Notes: generated from the letters alone by a model not told the origin. Counted from the stretch's first letter, positions 50,068-59,890 are shown. The stretch: DNA of 64,000 nucleotides from Candidatus Lustribacter sp. (GCA_965277805.1 OZ255842.1:3648001-3712000); one strand, 5' to 3'. Numbers and translations are program-made.

Positions 50068-51260
50068 GCGGCCGCCCGCGGATTGCGATGGTCGTTCAGC
50101 GCTGCGGCATCGAGGTCAACGGCGGCGCCGAAGCCGCCTGCCTCGATGTAGCCCGTGAAATGAGCGCCGTCTGGGACGTCGACATCATCACCACGTGCGC
50201 GCTTGACTACCAAACGTGGAACGACCACTACCCGCCGGGTGAAACGATGATCGACGGCGTGCGCGTCATCCGCTTCCGCGTCGACCATCCGCGCAGCGTG
50301 CACTTCAACAACCTCTCGGTGAAGGCGCTCCGGCGCGGCTCTGAGCAAACGCCGCAAGAACTCGAAGAGTGGATGAAGGCGCAAGGTCCTTACTCAAGCA
50401 CGCTCTTGCGGTACATCAAAGACAACGCGAAGGCGTACGATAGCTGGTTCTTCTTCACGTATCTCTACGCGACGACGTTCTTCGGGCTGCCGCTCGTCGC
50501 CGATCGCGCAGTGCTCGTGCCGTTCGCACATGATGAGTGGCCGATCCACCAGCCGGGGATGAGCGACTTCTTCCGCCTCCCGCAGCGTCTGGTGTACAGC
50601 ACGGAAGAGGAGCGGGACTTTCTGCTGCGCCGGTTTGCGGATTGCAATCTGCAGGGCGAAGTCGTCGGCGTCGGCATCCGGCCGCCTGACAACGTACGCG
50701 AGGATCATTTTCGCCACCGCTTCGGCGTCTTCGGTAAGTACGCGCTCTATCTCGGGCGCATCGACGTCGCCAAAGGGTGCGATGTCATGTTGCGCGATTT
50801 CGAAGCCGCCAAAGAACCCGATCTCCAGCTTTTGATGATCGGTCGCGAAGTCATGGACGTGCCGCAACATCCGTGGTTGCGGCTTTTCGGCTTCGTCGAC
50901 GAACAGACGAAGTACGAAGCCATTCGCGGCGCCGAGTTCGTTATCGCGCCGTCGGCGCTCGAGAGCCTATCGCTCGTTTTACTCGAGGCGTGGAGCCAAG
51001 AGCGACCGGTTCTCGTGAATGCCGCGAGCGACGTGATGGTCGGTCAGTGCCGTCGCGCCGGCGGTGGGCTCTGGTATGGGGATCAGTTCGAGTTTGCCGC
51101 CGCCATCCCGCTGCTCCGCGATGAAGAGATCAATCGCGGTCTAGGCAAAAGCGGCAAACGTTACCTCGACGACAACTATACGTGGCCCGTCATTCGCAGC
51201 GCCTACGAGCGCGTTCTCAGGGAGGTTGCTGCGGAACAGCGTTCGTCGACCACACCCTGA
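50064..51260 (+). CDS. GT4 glycosyltransferase
   Basis: VVQR...GGAE, AHDE, YLGRID..KG and PSALESLSLVLLEAW motifs. Confidence 0.92.
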   Translation: MSGRPRIAMVVQRCGIEVNGGAEAACLDVAREMSAVWDVDIITTCALDYQTWNDHYPPGETMIDGVRVIRFRVDHPRSVHFNNLSVKALRRGSEQTPQELEEWMKAQGPYSSTLLRYIKDNAKAYDSWFFFTYLYATTFFGLPLVADRAVLVPFAHDEWPIHQPGMSDFFRLPQRLVYSTEEERDFLLRRFADCNLQGEVVGVGIRPPDNVREDHFRHRFGVFGKYALYLGRIDVAKGCDVMLRDFEAAKEPDLQLLMIGREVMDVPQHPWLRLFGFVDEQTKYEAIRGAEFVIAPSALESLSLVLLEAWSQERPVLVNAASDVMVGQCRRAGGGLWYGDQFEFAAAIPLLRDEEINRGLGKSGKRYLDDNYTWPVIRSAYERVLREVAAEQRSSTTP

Positions 51261-52473
51261 AGAGCATCGATAGCAAGACGAGCCCGTGACCCGCGGCCAA
51301 CACCCCGACAACCGCGGCGAGATTGGGGTGCCAAAGGGATAGGACGCTGATTTCGGCGATTGCCGCGATCAGCGCGGGGATAACGAAATCGTAGCGGTGG
51401 AGACCCATCTTGTACGCCGACACCACGTAGGCCATCGAGAGGCAGCCGCTCGCGATCGCGTAGGTCAAGACGAGCGGCGCGGCATCGCCGAACGCACGGC
51501 CGGAGATCAAGGTTACGATAAAGCGTGGCGCTATGGCGGAAATGAGCAGCGCGATCGCAATCATCCCCGCCGCGAGGGCCACCGCACTGCCGAGTAGGGG
51601 CAGTGTCGATTGACCGGCCGCCGCGCGCGAGGAGACTTTCGGCATAACCAGGGTCGGCACGAACGATACCGCGGCGACGATGGCGCGCCCAACAAACGCA
51701 GCCGATGCATACAATCCGGCCGCGCGCGGATCGAAGAAATGCTTCACCAGCGGAATGTCATAGTACGTCAGGATCACGAGCGTCAGCTGACCCAACCCCA
51801 CATGCGAGATGATTCGGCCGATGACGCCGGCTTCGAGACGAAGCCGTTCCCGCTGAGCGCCGAAGCGGACATGAAACGCGTACACTCCGTACGCCGCGGA
51901 AGCGACGCCGCCCAAAACCACCCCGGTGAGCGCACCATTCGCGCCGAACGGGCCGGCCAGCGCGACGCCGATCGCGACCTTCGTTGCGGCCTCGATCGAG
52001 AGCGACAGAGAGAAATCACCGTAGTGCTGCGCGCCTTGTAACACGCCGCGTTGCACGGAGATGACCCCGAGAACGGCCAGCGCCACCACCACGATGACGA
52101 CCGGCTCGACCTCGTTCAGCTGGAAATAGGCGGCGATCGATTCACGAAAGACATAGCCGAGCGCAATCACGATACCGGCGACGACGCATGAGCCCGCCGT
52201 CACCACGTCTGCGAGCCGGCGCAAGGCGGCCGTGTCTTTGCGATTCGCGAGATCCGCAGCCAGACGCGCGCAAATCAATTGCGCGACGATTGCCGGTGCG
52301 CCGATGACGAGTTCCGCCGAAACGAGCGACGTGACGACGCCGTAGGGTTCGACGCCGAGACGGCGGCCCAGCAGCGAGAAGAACAAATAGCCGAAGACGT
52401 TCGTGAAGACGACGCCCGCGAACACGAGCGTGCCGTGGCGAACGAGTTCGCTTCGGCGTAGGCGGGAGATCAC
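51217..52473 (-). CDS. Oligosaccharide flippase (Wzx/MOP family)
   Basis: About 12 hydrophobic segments; GRRLG...YG, RGVLQG, DIPLVKHF and AGLYASA patterns. Confidence 0.82.
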   Translation of the reverse strand: MISRLRRSELVRHGTLVFAGVVFTNVFGYLFFSLLGRRLGVEPYGVVTSLVSAELVIGAPAIVAQLICARLAADLANRKDTAALRRLADVVTAGSCVVAGIVIALGYVFRESIAAYFQLNEVEPVVIVVVALAVLGVISVQRGVLQGAQHYGDFSLSLSIEAATKVAIGVALAGPFGANGALTGVVLGGVASAAYGVYAFHVRFGAQRERLRLEAGVIGRIISHVGLGQLTLVILTYYDIPLVKHFFDPRAAGLYASAAFVGRAIVAAVSFVPTLVMPKVSSRAAAGQSTLPLLGSAVALAAGMIAIALLISAIAPRFIVTLISGRAFGDAAPLVLTYAIASGCLSMAYVVSAYKMGLHRYDFVIPALIAAIAEISVLSLWHPNLAAVVGVLAAGHGLVLLSMLFRVWSTNAVPQQPP

Positions 52474-54620
52474 TCCACGTCGGCGGTTTCGGTGGCCGGA
52501 TGGATCTGCTCGAGGGCCTCTAGCACCGCCGTTGCAACCGCGGCCGGGGCATAGCGTGCGCGAACACGCCGGCCTTCGCCGGCCATTGCAGTGCGCAGCC
52601 CGCGGTCGGTGGCGACGATGCGCACCAGCGCGGCGATCCGCCGAGCATCGAAGGTGTCGGCCACGATACCGCAGGCTTCGATCGTCTCGAGCACCGTTAC
52701 GTCGCCGAGCGCAACGATCGGGAGGTCGAACCAGAGGGGCGTCACGGCGCTTTCAATCGAGATCGGCCGGCCCACGGCGAGCGCGACGGTGGCCGCGCGA
52801 TAGGCGGCGTAGCGTTCCGTCGATCCGTCGCCGACGAGCACGACTTCGTTGTGCAGATCGAGTTCCTCGCGCTCGTGCAGCAGCGTTCGCTGCGCCTCGT
52901 CATCGCAGTCGGCCGCGAACACTAAGAGACGCGCTTCGCGTTCGAACGCGAGATACGCAACAAACGTATCGAGCAGCCGGCGTGCTTCGTCGGGTCCGAG
53001 CGGCGAAATCGAGAGCAGCACGTACTTGCCGTCGGACCAGCGATCGTGCGCCGGGTGCAGCCCCTCCCACGGCGCGGGCGATACGGCGTGCGGAAGCACG
53101 CGCGCGATGATGCCCGCTTCTTCCAGTTGCGCCGCGACCGCGTGTGACGGCGCGAAAACCGGCCGGCTTTGCCGCGAAGCGGGCAACTCACCGTCGTGTG
53201 CGACGTACGCGTCGGCCGCAATCGGAGGCGAGGCCGCCGTAACGTGCGAGATCCGGCGCGCATCCGGGTGCGGCCGCAACGATCCCGCGATCGTGACGGT
53301 GGAAACGGCGCCGGCGGCGTTCAGCGCTTCTGATAGTGCTTGCGCGTAACGCGCTACCGGGGCGTCGCCTAACGGGACGACGTTCTCAATGCGCGGTCCG
53401 GCCGGTGGAGAGAGGCGCGAGGTGAGGGCGTCGAGCGTGCGGCGCGCGACGGCGTCCCAACCGCCGTTGTCGAGCGCCGCAGCCCAGCCGCGGGCACCGA
53501 GCGCATCGACGTCCTCGTCGGCCGATTCGTCCACGGCCGCGAGCATGCGGATCCAGTCCTCGAGCGACGTGCCGATCCAGCCGCCGCCGGCGTCTTCCAC
53601 CGCACGCGCCGTTGCACGGCAATCACCGTGAACGAGAACGGGGCGGCGCGCAAACCACGCTTCGTAGATTGCGCGCGAAAAACTTTCGTGAATGCTGGGC
53701 TGCGCCAGCGCCCGCGCGTACGTGAGCAGTGCCGCCTTTGCCGGCTCGTTGACGGCGCCGAGATCGAGGATGCCGTCGCCGCTGCGCGATGCGCTGCGCG
53801 GGCCGGCCAGCACCAGTTGCAGCGACGTCGAGATGCGACGCTTGCGGAACGTGCTGAATGCTTCGACGAGGAAGTCGACGTTTTTCGATGTGTCTTGACG
53901 GCCGAGATAAAGCACGTAGCGCGAACGGTGCGGGGCGAAGCCGCCGACCGTGATTGGCTTGGCCGGCGGTGCTACGGGCTCGACTGCGTGGCCGATCACG
54001 CGGCTTTTCGCCAGCACGCCCGGACCGTAGATCGCGGTCGCGGTTTCTTCTTCGCCTGCGCTGTTGAAGAGCAGGCCTTTCGCGGCGGCGAACTCCGCGC
54101 GCACGGGGTCGATGTAGGCGTAGGCTTCGTCGTGCAGACATGGGATCAGGAACGCGCGATCGGCGACGAGCGAAACGCCGGAGAGTGCCGGGCCGTAGAG
54201 GTACGGTACGAAGATTACGGCATCGTACGACGCGCCGGCATCGCGCAGATGCGCGAGCAGGGCGCGACTGTTGATGTTTTCGTTGACGAAGGCGCGCGTT
54301 TGTACGGGGTCGAGCGAGTTGCGGTCGCCGCGCAGGCCGATGCGCGGCATGGTCGTGAGAACGGTGTTGGCGCGGTTGAACGCGACGCGATCGCGCGTGT
54401 CGACGGGGAAGCGGCGGAGGATCACGCCGGTACCGTCTTCGGTGACGCCGCTGCGATGGTAGTTGGCCCCCCAGTCGTCGAGGAACGAGCGACAGCAGGT
54501 TGATAGCACGTCGACCTTTGCGCCGGCGCGGACGAGTGCGTGGGCGATCTCCCAAGCGAGGCGTTCTGCGCCGCCGATGAGTTCGCGGCCGTACCATGGG
54601 GTGACGAGCGCTAATCTCAC
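52470..54620 (-). CDS. Two-domain GT4 glycosyltransferase (second domain degenerate)
   Basis: Start inferred at GTG 54620 (VRLALVTPWYGRELIGGAE, GTGA overlap); PCLHDE, YLGR, PSIHESFS; paralog of 47794-50067. Confidence 0.88.
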   Translation of the reverse strand: MRLALVTPWYGRELIGGAERLAWEIAHALVRAGAKVDVLSTCCRSFLDDWGANYHRSGVTEDGTGVILRRFPVDTRDRVAFNRANTVLTTMPRIGLRGDRNSLDPVQTRAFVNENINSRALLAHLRDAGASYDAVIFVPYLYGPALSGVSLVADRAFLIPCLHDEAYAYIDPVRAEFAAAKGLLFNSAGEEETATAIYGPGVLAKSRVIGHAVEPVAPPAKPITVGGFAPHRSRYVLYLGRQDTSKNVDFLVEAFSTFRKRRISTSLQLVLAGPRSASRSGDGILDLGAVNEPAKAALLTYARALAQPSIHESFSRAIYEAWFARRPVLVHGDCRATARAVEDAGGGWIGTSLEDWIRMLAAVDESADEDVDALGARGWAAALDNGGWDAVARRTLDALTSRLSPPAGPRIENVVPLGDAPVARYAQALSEALNAAGAVSTVTIAGSLRPHPDARRISHVTAASPPIAADAYVAHDGELPASRQSRPVFAPSHAVAAQLEEAGIIARVLPHAVSPAPWEGLHPAHDRWSDGKYVLLSISPLGPDEARRLLDTFVAYLAFEREARLLVFAADCDDEAQRTLLHEREELDLHNEVVLVGDGSTERYAAYRAATVALAVGRPISIESAVTPLWFDLPIVALGDVTVLETIEACGIVADTFDARRIAALVRIVATDRGLRTAMAGEGRRVRARYAPAAVATAVLEALEQIHPATETADVE

Positions 54621-55138
54621 GGTGGGGGCGGTCCCTCGACGGCGCGCCCTTTGGGCGCTTTGCTCGGGATGACATCGCCACCAACACTGCTGCCGCTGCT
54701 GGCACTTGCGTCGCTGCGGGTGGCGATGCGTTGGGCTCGGGTGGTGGCGCGTTCGGCTTCTAGGCGGACTTCTAGGGTTTCGATGCGGTCGAGGAGGGTT
54801 TGGATGAGGGCTAGTGTTTCGCGCTGGGCGCGGATTAGGGCGTTGTTGGCTTCGTATTGGTCGCGGAACGCCATCGACATGATTGAGAGGACGGCTTTTT
54901 TTAGCCGTTCCGACGATGAGATGAGCGGGACGCGGAGATCGGCGGGCCAGGTGGCGCGCGGCGTCGAGCGCTGCTCGGCGAAGTTCAACTGCGATTCGAT
55001 GGCGCGGGCGTGGACCGTAGCCGCTAGGCGGGCGAGACGTTCCTCGCCGTCTCCTGCCTCGGGATCGCGGGCGAGTTCGGCATCGATGCGGCGTTCGAGA
55101 TCGTCGACGTCGATGCGCGGATTGCGAGACCGGATCAT
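54617..55138 (-). CDS. Hypothetical coiled-coil protein; its C-terminus is encoded by the palindromic repeat
   Basis: MIRSRNPRIDVDDL N-terminus; paralog of 47342-47797; overlaps both neighbours by 4 nt. Confidence 0.7.
   Translation of the reverse strand: MIRSRNPRIDVDDLERRIDAELARDPEAGDGEERLARLAATVHARAIESQLNFAEQRSTPRATWPADLRVPLISSSERLKKAVLSIMSMAFRDQYEANNALIRAQRETLALIQTLLDRIETLEVRLEAERATTRAQRIATRSDASASSGSSVGGDVIPSKAPKGRAVEGPPPP
54621..54674 (-). repeat. REP-like palindromic repeat, copy 2 (intragenic)
   Basis: Minus strand TGTCATCCCGAGC-AAAGCGCCCAAAGGGCGCGCC-GTCGAGGGACCGCC; arms identical to 8410-8438; internal GCGCCC-AAA-GGGCGC hairpin. Confidence 0.7.
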
Positions 55139-56493
55139 CTTGCTCTCGTCTTTTCGCGAGACGGGCGAGGGGCAACTTCCGTCGCCCGTGCTTTGCGGCG
55201 GCCGATCCCGGTGTACGATAAGCCGGCCGCGACAACGGCCTCAGGATCGAACAGGTTACGGCCGTCGATCACTGCGTCGCCGCGCATCGTTTTTTTGACG
55301 CGCTCGAAGTCGAGGGTCTTGTACTCGTTCCATTCGGTTGCGAGCACCAGCGCGTCGCTGCCGGTCAGCGCGTCGTACACCCGTTCGCAGGCGACAATCC
55401 GCTCGCCGAGACGCTCGCGAACGCTTTTCAGCGCTACCGGATCGTGCGCGCGAACGTGCGCGCCGGCAGCGAGAAGCCGCTCGATCAGCAGCAACGCCGG
55501 CGCCTCCCGGATGTCGTCGGTGTCGGGTTTGAACGCCAGGCCGAGAACGCTAATGATTTTGCCGCTAACGGATCCGCCGAGTGCTGCCGCCACTTTGTCG
55601 CACGTGCGGCCGATTTGGCGGCGGTTCACGCCCGCGACAGCCCCCAAGAGCGACGCCTCATATTGCCGCGCGGCGGCGAGCTGCTCGAGTGCCTGAAGAT
55701 CCTTCGGCAAGCACGATCCGCCGAAGCCGATCCCCGCGCGCATTGCGTGCGTTCCGATCCGGTGATCGAGGCCGATGCCGCGCTGCACGGTGTCGATGTC
55801 GACATCGACCGCATCGCAGATGTTGGCGATCTCGTTCATGAACGAAATCTTCGTGGCCAAAAAAGCATTAGCGGCGTACTTGATCACTTCGGCCGTGCGA
55901 ACGTCGGTGACGACGATCGGCGCGTTGAGCGGACGATAGAGCTCGCGCACGATCGCTTCCGCCGCGGCGTCGTTCGCGCCGATCACGATGCGGTCGGGTT
56001 GCATGAAGTCGGCGATCGCCGAGCCTTCGCGCAAGAATTCGGGATTGCTGACAACGGCGACGCGGTGATGATCGGTTGAATTTTCCGCAATCAGCGACGC
56101 GATGAGTTCCCCGGTTTCCACCGGCGCCGTCGATTTGGAAACAATGACTTTCGAACCGTTGAGAGCGTTGCCGATCGCAACGGCTACCGCGCGCAGCGCC
56201 GAGAGATCGGCCATACCGTCTTCACCGGTTGGAGTGTCGACCGCGATGAAGACGATCTCCGCGGTCCGGACGGCCTCCGCCAGATCGGTCGAAAACGAAA
56301 GGCGCGCTGCGCCGAGATTGCGCGCGATCAGCTCCGCCAGCTGCGGTTCGTAGATCGGCGGCGTACCGGCGCGCAGCAACTCGATCTTCGCCTCGTTGTT
56401 GTCGACGCAGACCACGCTGTTGCCGAGTTCGGCGAAGCACGTACCGGTAACGAGGCCAACGTACCCCGTGCCGATCACCGCGATGCGCTTCAT
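55135..56493 (-). CDS. ugd: UDP-glucose 6-dehydrogenase
   Basis: IGTGYVGL, PIYEP, NPEFLREG, KYAANAFLATKISF, GFGGSCLPKD and GLAFKPDTDDIRE motifs; ATG 56493. Confidence 0.93.
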   Translation of the reverse strand: MKRIAVIGTGYVGLVTGTCFAELGNSVVCVDNNEAKIELLRAGTPPIYEPQLAELIARNLGAARLSFSTDLAEAVRTAEIVFIAVDTPTGEDGMADLSALRAVAVAIGNALNGSKVIVSKSTAPVETGELIASLIAENSTDHHRVAVVSNPEFLREGSAIADFMQPDRIVIGANDAAAEAIVRELYRPLNAPIVVTDVRTAEVIKYAANAFLATKISFMNEIANICDAVDVDIDTVQRGIGLDHRIGTHAMRAGIGFGGSCLPKDLQALEQLAAARQYEASLLGAVAGVNRRQIGRTCDKVAAALGGSVSGKIISVLGLAFKPDTDDIREAPALLLIERLLAAGAHVRAHDPVALKSVRERLGERIVACERVYDALTGSDALVLATEWNEYKTLDFERVKKTMRGDAVIDGRNLFDPEAVVAAGLSYTGIGRRKARATEVAPRPSREKTRAR

Positions 56494-57815
56494 GTCGACT
56501 CCGGTACGGGCCCGACGTCGTTGCGTGCGGCCAACACCTCGACAACGCCGATGGCCAGCAAGATCGCCCAGAACACGCCGACCTTCGGATAGAACCAGAG
56601 GTAGTCGAAGATCTGGTGGAGCGCCAACGCGATGTTGGCCGCAAACACGCCGATGAGCAGGGGCCGGCGCGAAAACGAACGCGCGAACGTCGCGAAAATC
56701 GTCCACAGGAGGTAGAGGGTCGCGGCGAAACCCACGAGGCCGGTTTCGCTCAGCGCCTGCAAGTAGAGGCTGTTGGCATGCGTCTGCACCTCCGGATGCC
56801 CAACGAGGCCAAGCTCGAATTCGAAGTTACCGGCGCCGATGCCCACCAGCGGCGACATGCGCCACAGATTGAGCGCCGCCATCCAAAGGATGTTGCGCGT
56901 CCCTAGGTGGTCGGGCGTCGAGACCTCCGCCACGCTGAAGAACCGCGCCTCGAGACCGAAGGCGAGCCCGACCCCGACGAGAATCGCGGCGACGATCGTG
57001 GCTCCCGCCGCGAAGCTCAGTCCCACGCGACGCGTCGGTCGCGTAACGATGAGGACGACGGCGAACGCCGCCAGCGCTGCGACGATGCCGGAGCGCGAAA
57101 TCGTCGCGGCCTCGGCGCAGGCGGACAACACGACGGCACCGATCAGCCACGGATTGCGATCAGTGAGCATCCGGGCGAACAGCACCGGAATCAGGAGATT
57201 CAACCAGCCGGCAAACTGGTTGGGACCTTCCAGCGTGCCGGCGACGCGCGGCACTTTCTGAATGCCGACGTAGAGTCCCGACGACGCCCCGAACAGCAGT
57301 TCCGAAACAGCGACGGCTGCCTCGAAGAACGCAATCCCGATCAGTGACGCCCAGATCGGACGATCATCAGGATCGAACGCAAAGCCCACGACCACGGCCG
57401 CGAAGACAGCGGTATATTCGAGCCACTTGAAGAGCTCGCGCACGACGGCATCTTCATGCAGCGCGTGGAGCGCTGACAGCACGATCGCGGCCAAAACTCC
57501 GCCAAGCGCCAGCAGCAGCGCACGGACCGGTTTTTCCCGGAGCACGCGCAGCGACGCGCGATGGAAGATCAGACCGATCACAAACCCGATCAGCGCCACC
57601 TTCGGCACGGTGATCGAGGTGCCGAGCACGTAGCGCGCGTCGGCAAACGGCGCGCTGAGGATCAATGCGCCGACGCCGAGCGACGGCCGCCGGTACGCAA
57701 GCAAGCCGACGCCGATCGCGATCACCACAAAGAACAGCGCGTTCAGCGGGTCGAGCGCGAGGTGCGGCGGCACCCACACCGCCGGAAAAACGTAACCCGG
57801 TTGCCAGCGGATCAT
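56490..57815 (-). CDS. O-antigen ligase / Wzy_C family protein
   Basis: RVAGTLEGPN, TISRSG, R..LW..A, PLVGIGAGNF and HANSLYLQALSETGLVG motifs. Confidence 0.88.
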   Translation of the reverse strand: MIRWQPGYVFPAVWVPPHLALDPLNALFFVVIAIGVGLLAYRRPSLGVGALILSAPFADARYVLGTSITVPKVALIGFVIGLIFHRASLRVLREKPVRALLLALGGVLAAIVLSALHALHEDAVVRELFKWLEYTAVFAAVVVGFAFDPDDRPIWASLIGIAFFEAAVAVSELLFGASSGLYVGIQKVPRVAGTLEGPNQFAGWLNLLIPVLFARMLTDRNPWLIGAVVLSACAEAATISRSGIVAALAAFAVVLIVTRPTRRVGLSFAAGATIVAAILVGVGLAFGLEARFFSVAEVSTPDHLGTRNILWMAALNLWRMSPLVGIGAGNFEFELGLVGHPEVQTHANSLYLQALSETGLVGFAATLYLLWTIFATFARSFSRRPLLIGVFAANIALALHQIFDYLWFYPKVGVFWAILLAIGVVEVLAARNDVGPVPEST

Positions 57816-57841
57816 GAGCGTGAAGGACGAAGATCGGAAAC

Positions 57842-58267
57842 GTGTTGCGTCTGCCCCTGATCGTACTGCTCATCGCGTTGCTCAACGGCATCGCCGCCGC
57901 CGAATCGTATGTCGTCAGCCCGAAAGCAAGCGACGAAACGAAGGCCGCGGTTGCCGCGGGACGTCCGCCCGAGCACGGATTCCCGGAAATTCATGACGTC
58001 GAGTTCACGAGTTCGGCGCAGCTCCGTCCGGGGACGAATCTTCAAGCGACCGTCGTGACCTCGCCCAACGTGACCTATGTTGAAGGCCGCGTGAAATATT
58101 GGAACGTTCCGTTCCGGCAAACGGCGTCCGGCAAGTTCGACATCGACTACCGCGTGCCGTTCTTGCCGCCGAATGCGCTCGGCCATTGGGATCTCGAAGT
58201 CATCGCGCGGTCGGTCGACGGCGTCGAGGTCAAGCGAACGTTCCCCGTCACCTACAAGTACTTCTAA
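57842..58267 (+). CDS. Hypothetical secreted protein (Ig-like)
   Basis: Signal-peptide-like N-terminus and beta-rich body; fills the gap between minus-strand genes. Confidence 0.65.
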   Translation: MLRLPLIVLLIALLNGIAAAESYVVSPKASDETKAAVAAGRPPEHGFPEIHDVEFTSSAQLRPGTNLQATVVTSPNVTYVEGRVKYWNVPFRQTASGKFDIDYRVPFLPPNALGHWDLEVIARSVDGVEVKRTFPVTYKYF

Positions 58268-58275
58268 CGGCACGT

Positions 58276-59865
58276 TCACGGTAAGGGGACCAGTTCGCGC
58301 GCTTTCCGCCGGAAGAGGATGTCGATCGCTAGATCCAGTTCCTCGCTGTCGACGATGCGCGCCAGCGCGAGGAACAGGAAGCCGCCGAAAATTAAATGCT
58401 CGACGAGGTTGGTCGAGCGCGCGATGAACGTCGGCTCGGGCGGAACGCGATAGATCTGCACGACCGCGAGCGCCACGCCCATCGCCGCGCTGCAGCTGAG
58501 CACCTTGAACGCGGACACCAGAATGCCGCGCACATCGAAACCGCCGAGCAACTGCCACACGACCGCACCCAGCGCAAGCGTTTGCAGCGTTTGACTCACC
58601 GCGTTGGCAAGCAACAGCCCCCGCGCGCCGAGGCTCGGCAGCCAATAGATCGAGAGCAGCACGTTCACCACGACGGTGGCAACCGAGATGATGATCGTCG
58701 CGCGCACGGCGTTGCACGCGAAGAGATAGCGCGTGAGGATGATGTTGCCGGCCACGGCCACGAGCCCGACGGCAGCATACGGCAGCAGCGACGCGCAAAG
58801 CACCGTGGCCTCGGGCGTGAACGCGCCGCGTTCGAACAGCGTTTGCACGATCGGGCCGGCGAGCATGCACAGGCCCATCACCGATGGGATCGTCAAGAAC
58901 AGCACGATCTTCAAGCCGGTCGCGATGCTGCGGCGCATCGCAGAGCGATTCTTGCTCGCGAATTGGCTCGCGAACACGGGGAAGATAACGGTGGCGATTG
59001 CGGCGACGAACACTTGTTGCGGAAACCCGACCAGCTTCACCGCGTAGTTCATGCCGGCGATCGAGCCGACGCTCAGCCCCGAGGCGAAGTAGCGATCGAA
59101 GAACAGCGCGATCTGTCCGGCGGCCGAACCGATGGCGATCGGCCCCAAGACGATGAGCAGCCGCCGCAAGCCCGGATGCTGCCAGTCGATCACGATGCGG
59201 AAGCGGCGCAGCGAAAAGAAAACCGGCACTTGGACCAGCAGCTGCGCGAATGCGCCGGCCAGCGTGCCGAGCACGAGCGCGCCGATGCCCCAGTTGTGAA
59301 ATCCGATTACCACAAACGCGATCGTGAGCACGTTGGCGAACACGCCCTGCAACGCGGTTGCCGCAAAGCGGTGATACGCGTTGAGAATTGCCGCGAGGAT
59401 GCCGCTCAGGCTCGTCGCGATGATGCACGGCATGAGCCAGCGCGTCATCACGATCGCTTCATCTAGCCGGTGGCCCTGGAAGCGCGCGATCCACGGCACG
59501 TACACCGGCGCGAACCACGCGCCGAGCGCCGCAGCAAGCACGAGGCCGGCCGTGATGCAGAGGATCAGCGTGCTGGCCAACTGCCACGCGTCTTCTTCGC
59601 GATCGTTCACGTAGTAATCGGAGAAAATCGGCACGAGCGCGCTGACGAGCGCGCCGTTGAACACGCCGAAGAGAATCGTCGGCACCACGGTGGCCGCGAG
59701 AAACGCGTCCATGTCGCCCGACGCGCCGAAGTAGCGCGCGTTGAGCACCTCGCGGCCGAAGCCGAGCACCATCGATGCCAGCGTCGCCGCCATGACGATC
59801 ATCGTCGAACGCGCGACACGTTGCGGCGCGTGGTGCGCGCCGACGACGGTCAACCGAGGCTGCAT
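58276..59865 (-). CDS. murJ: Lipid II flippase MurJ (MviN)
   Basis: LGFGRE...A.YFGA, DAF.AA, GAL..ALVP, DRYFAS.L, LFERGAF motifs. Confidence 0.93.
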   Translation of the reverse strand: MQPRLTVVGAHHAPQRVARSTMIVMAATLASMVLGFGREVLNARYFGASGDMDAFLAATVVPTILFGVFNGALVSALVPIFSDYYVNDREEDAWQLASTLILCITAGLVLAAALGAWFAPVYVPWIARFQGHRLDEAIVMTRWLMPCIIATSLSGILAAILNAYHRFAATALQGVFANVLTIAFVVIGFHNWGIGALVLGTLAGAFAQLLVQVPVFFSLRRFRIVIDWQHPGLRRLLIVLGPIAIGSAAGQIALFFDRYFASGLSVGSIAGMNYAVKLVGFPQQVFVAAIATVIFPVFASQFASKNRSAMRRSIATGLKIVLFLTIPSVMGLCMLAGPIVQTLFERGAFTPEATVLCASLLPYAAVGLVAVAGNIILTRYLFACNAVRATIIISVATVVVNVLLSIYWLPSLGARGLLLANAVSQTLQTLALGAVVWQLLGGFDVRGILVSAFKVLSCSAAMGVALAVVQIYRVPPEPTFIARSTNLVEHLIFGGFLFLALARIVDSEELDLAIDILFRRKARELVPLP

Positions 59866-59890
59866 CGGACCTCGCTACGCGGGGGTACGG

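Noticed and set aside
8410-54674. The two repeat copies as terminal inverted repeats of one 46-kb mobile element
   Set aside because: The span includes housekeeping-type genes, no transposase or target duplication was seen, and dispersed REP-like copies explain it more simply.
54621-55235. N-terminal ~200-aa extension of the 921-aa GT ORF
   Set aside because: Arg/Pro-rich off-frame read of the real 54617-55138 gene; similarity to the paralogous GT begins at GTG 54620.
57812-59428. 538-aa minus-strand ORF
   Set aside because: Alternative frame overlapping murJ and the plus-strand gene at 57842; no recognisable motifs.
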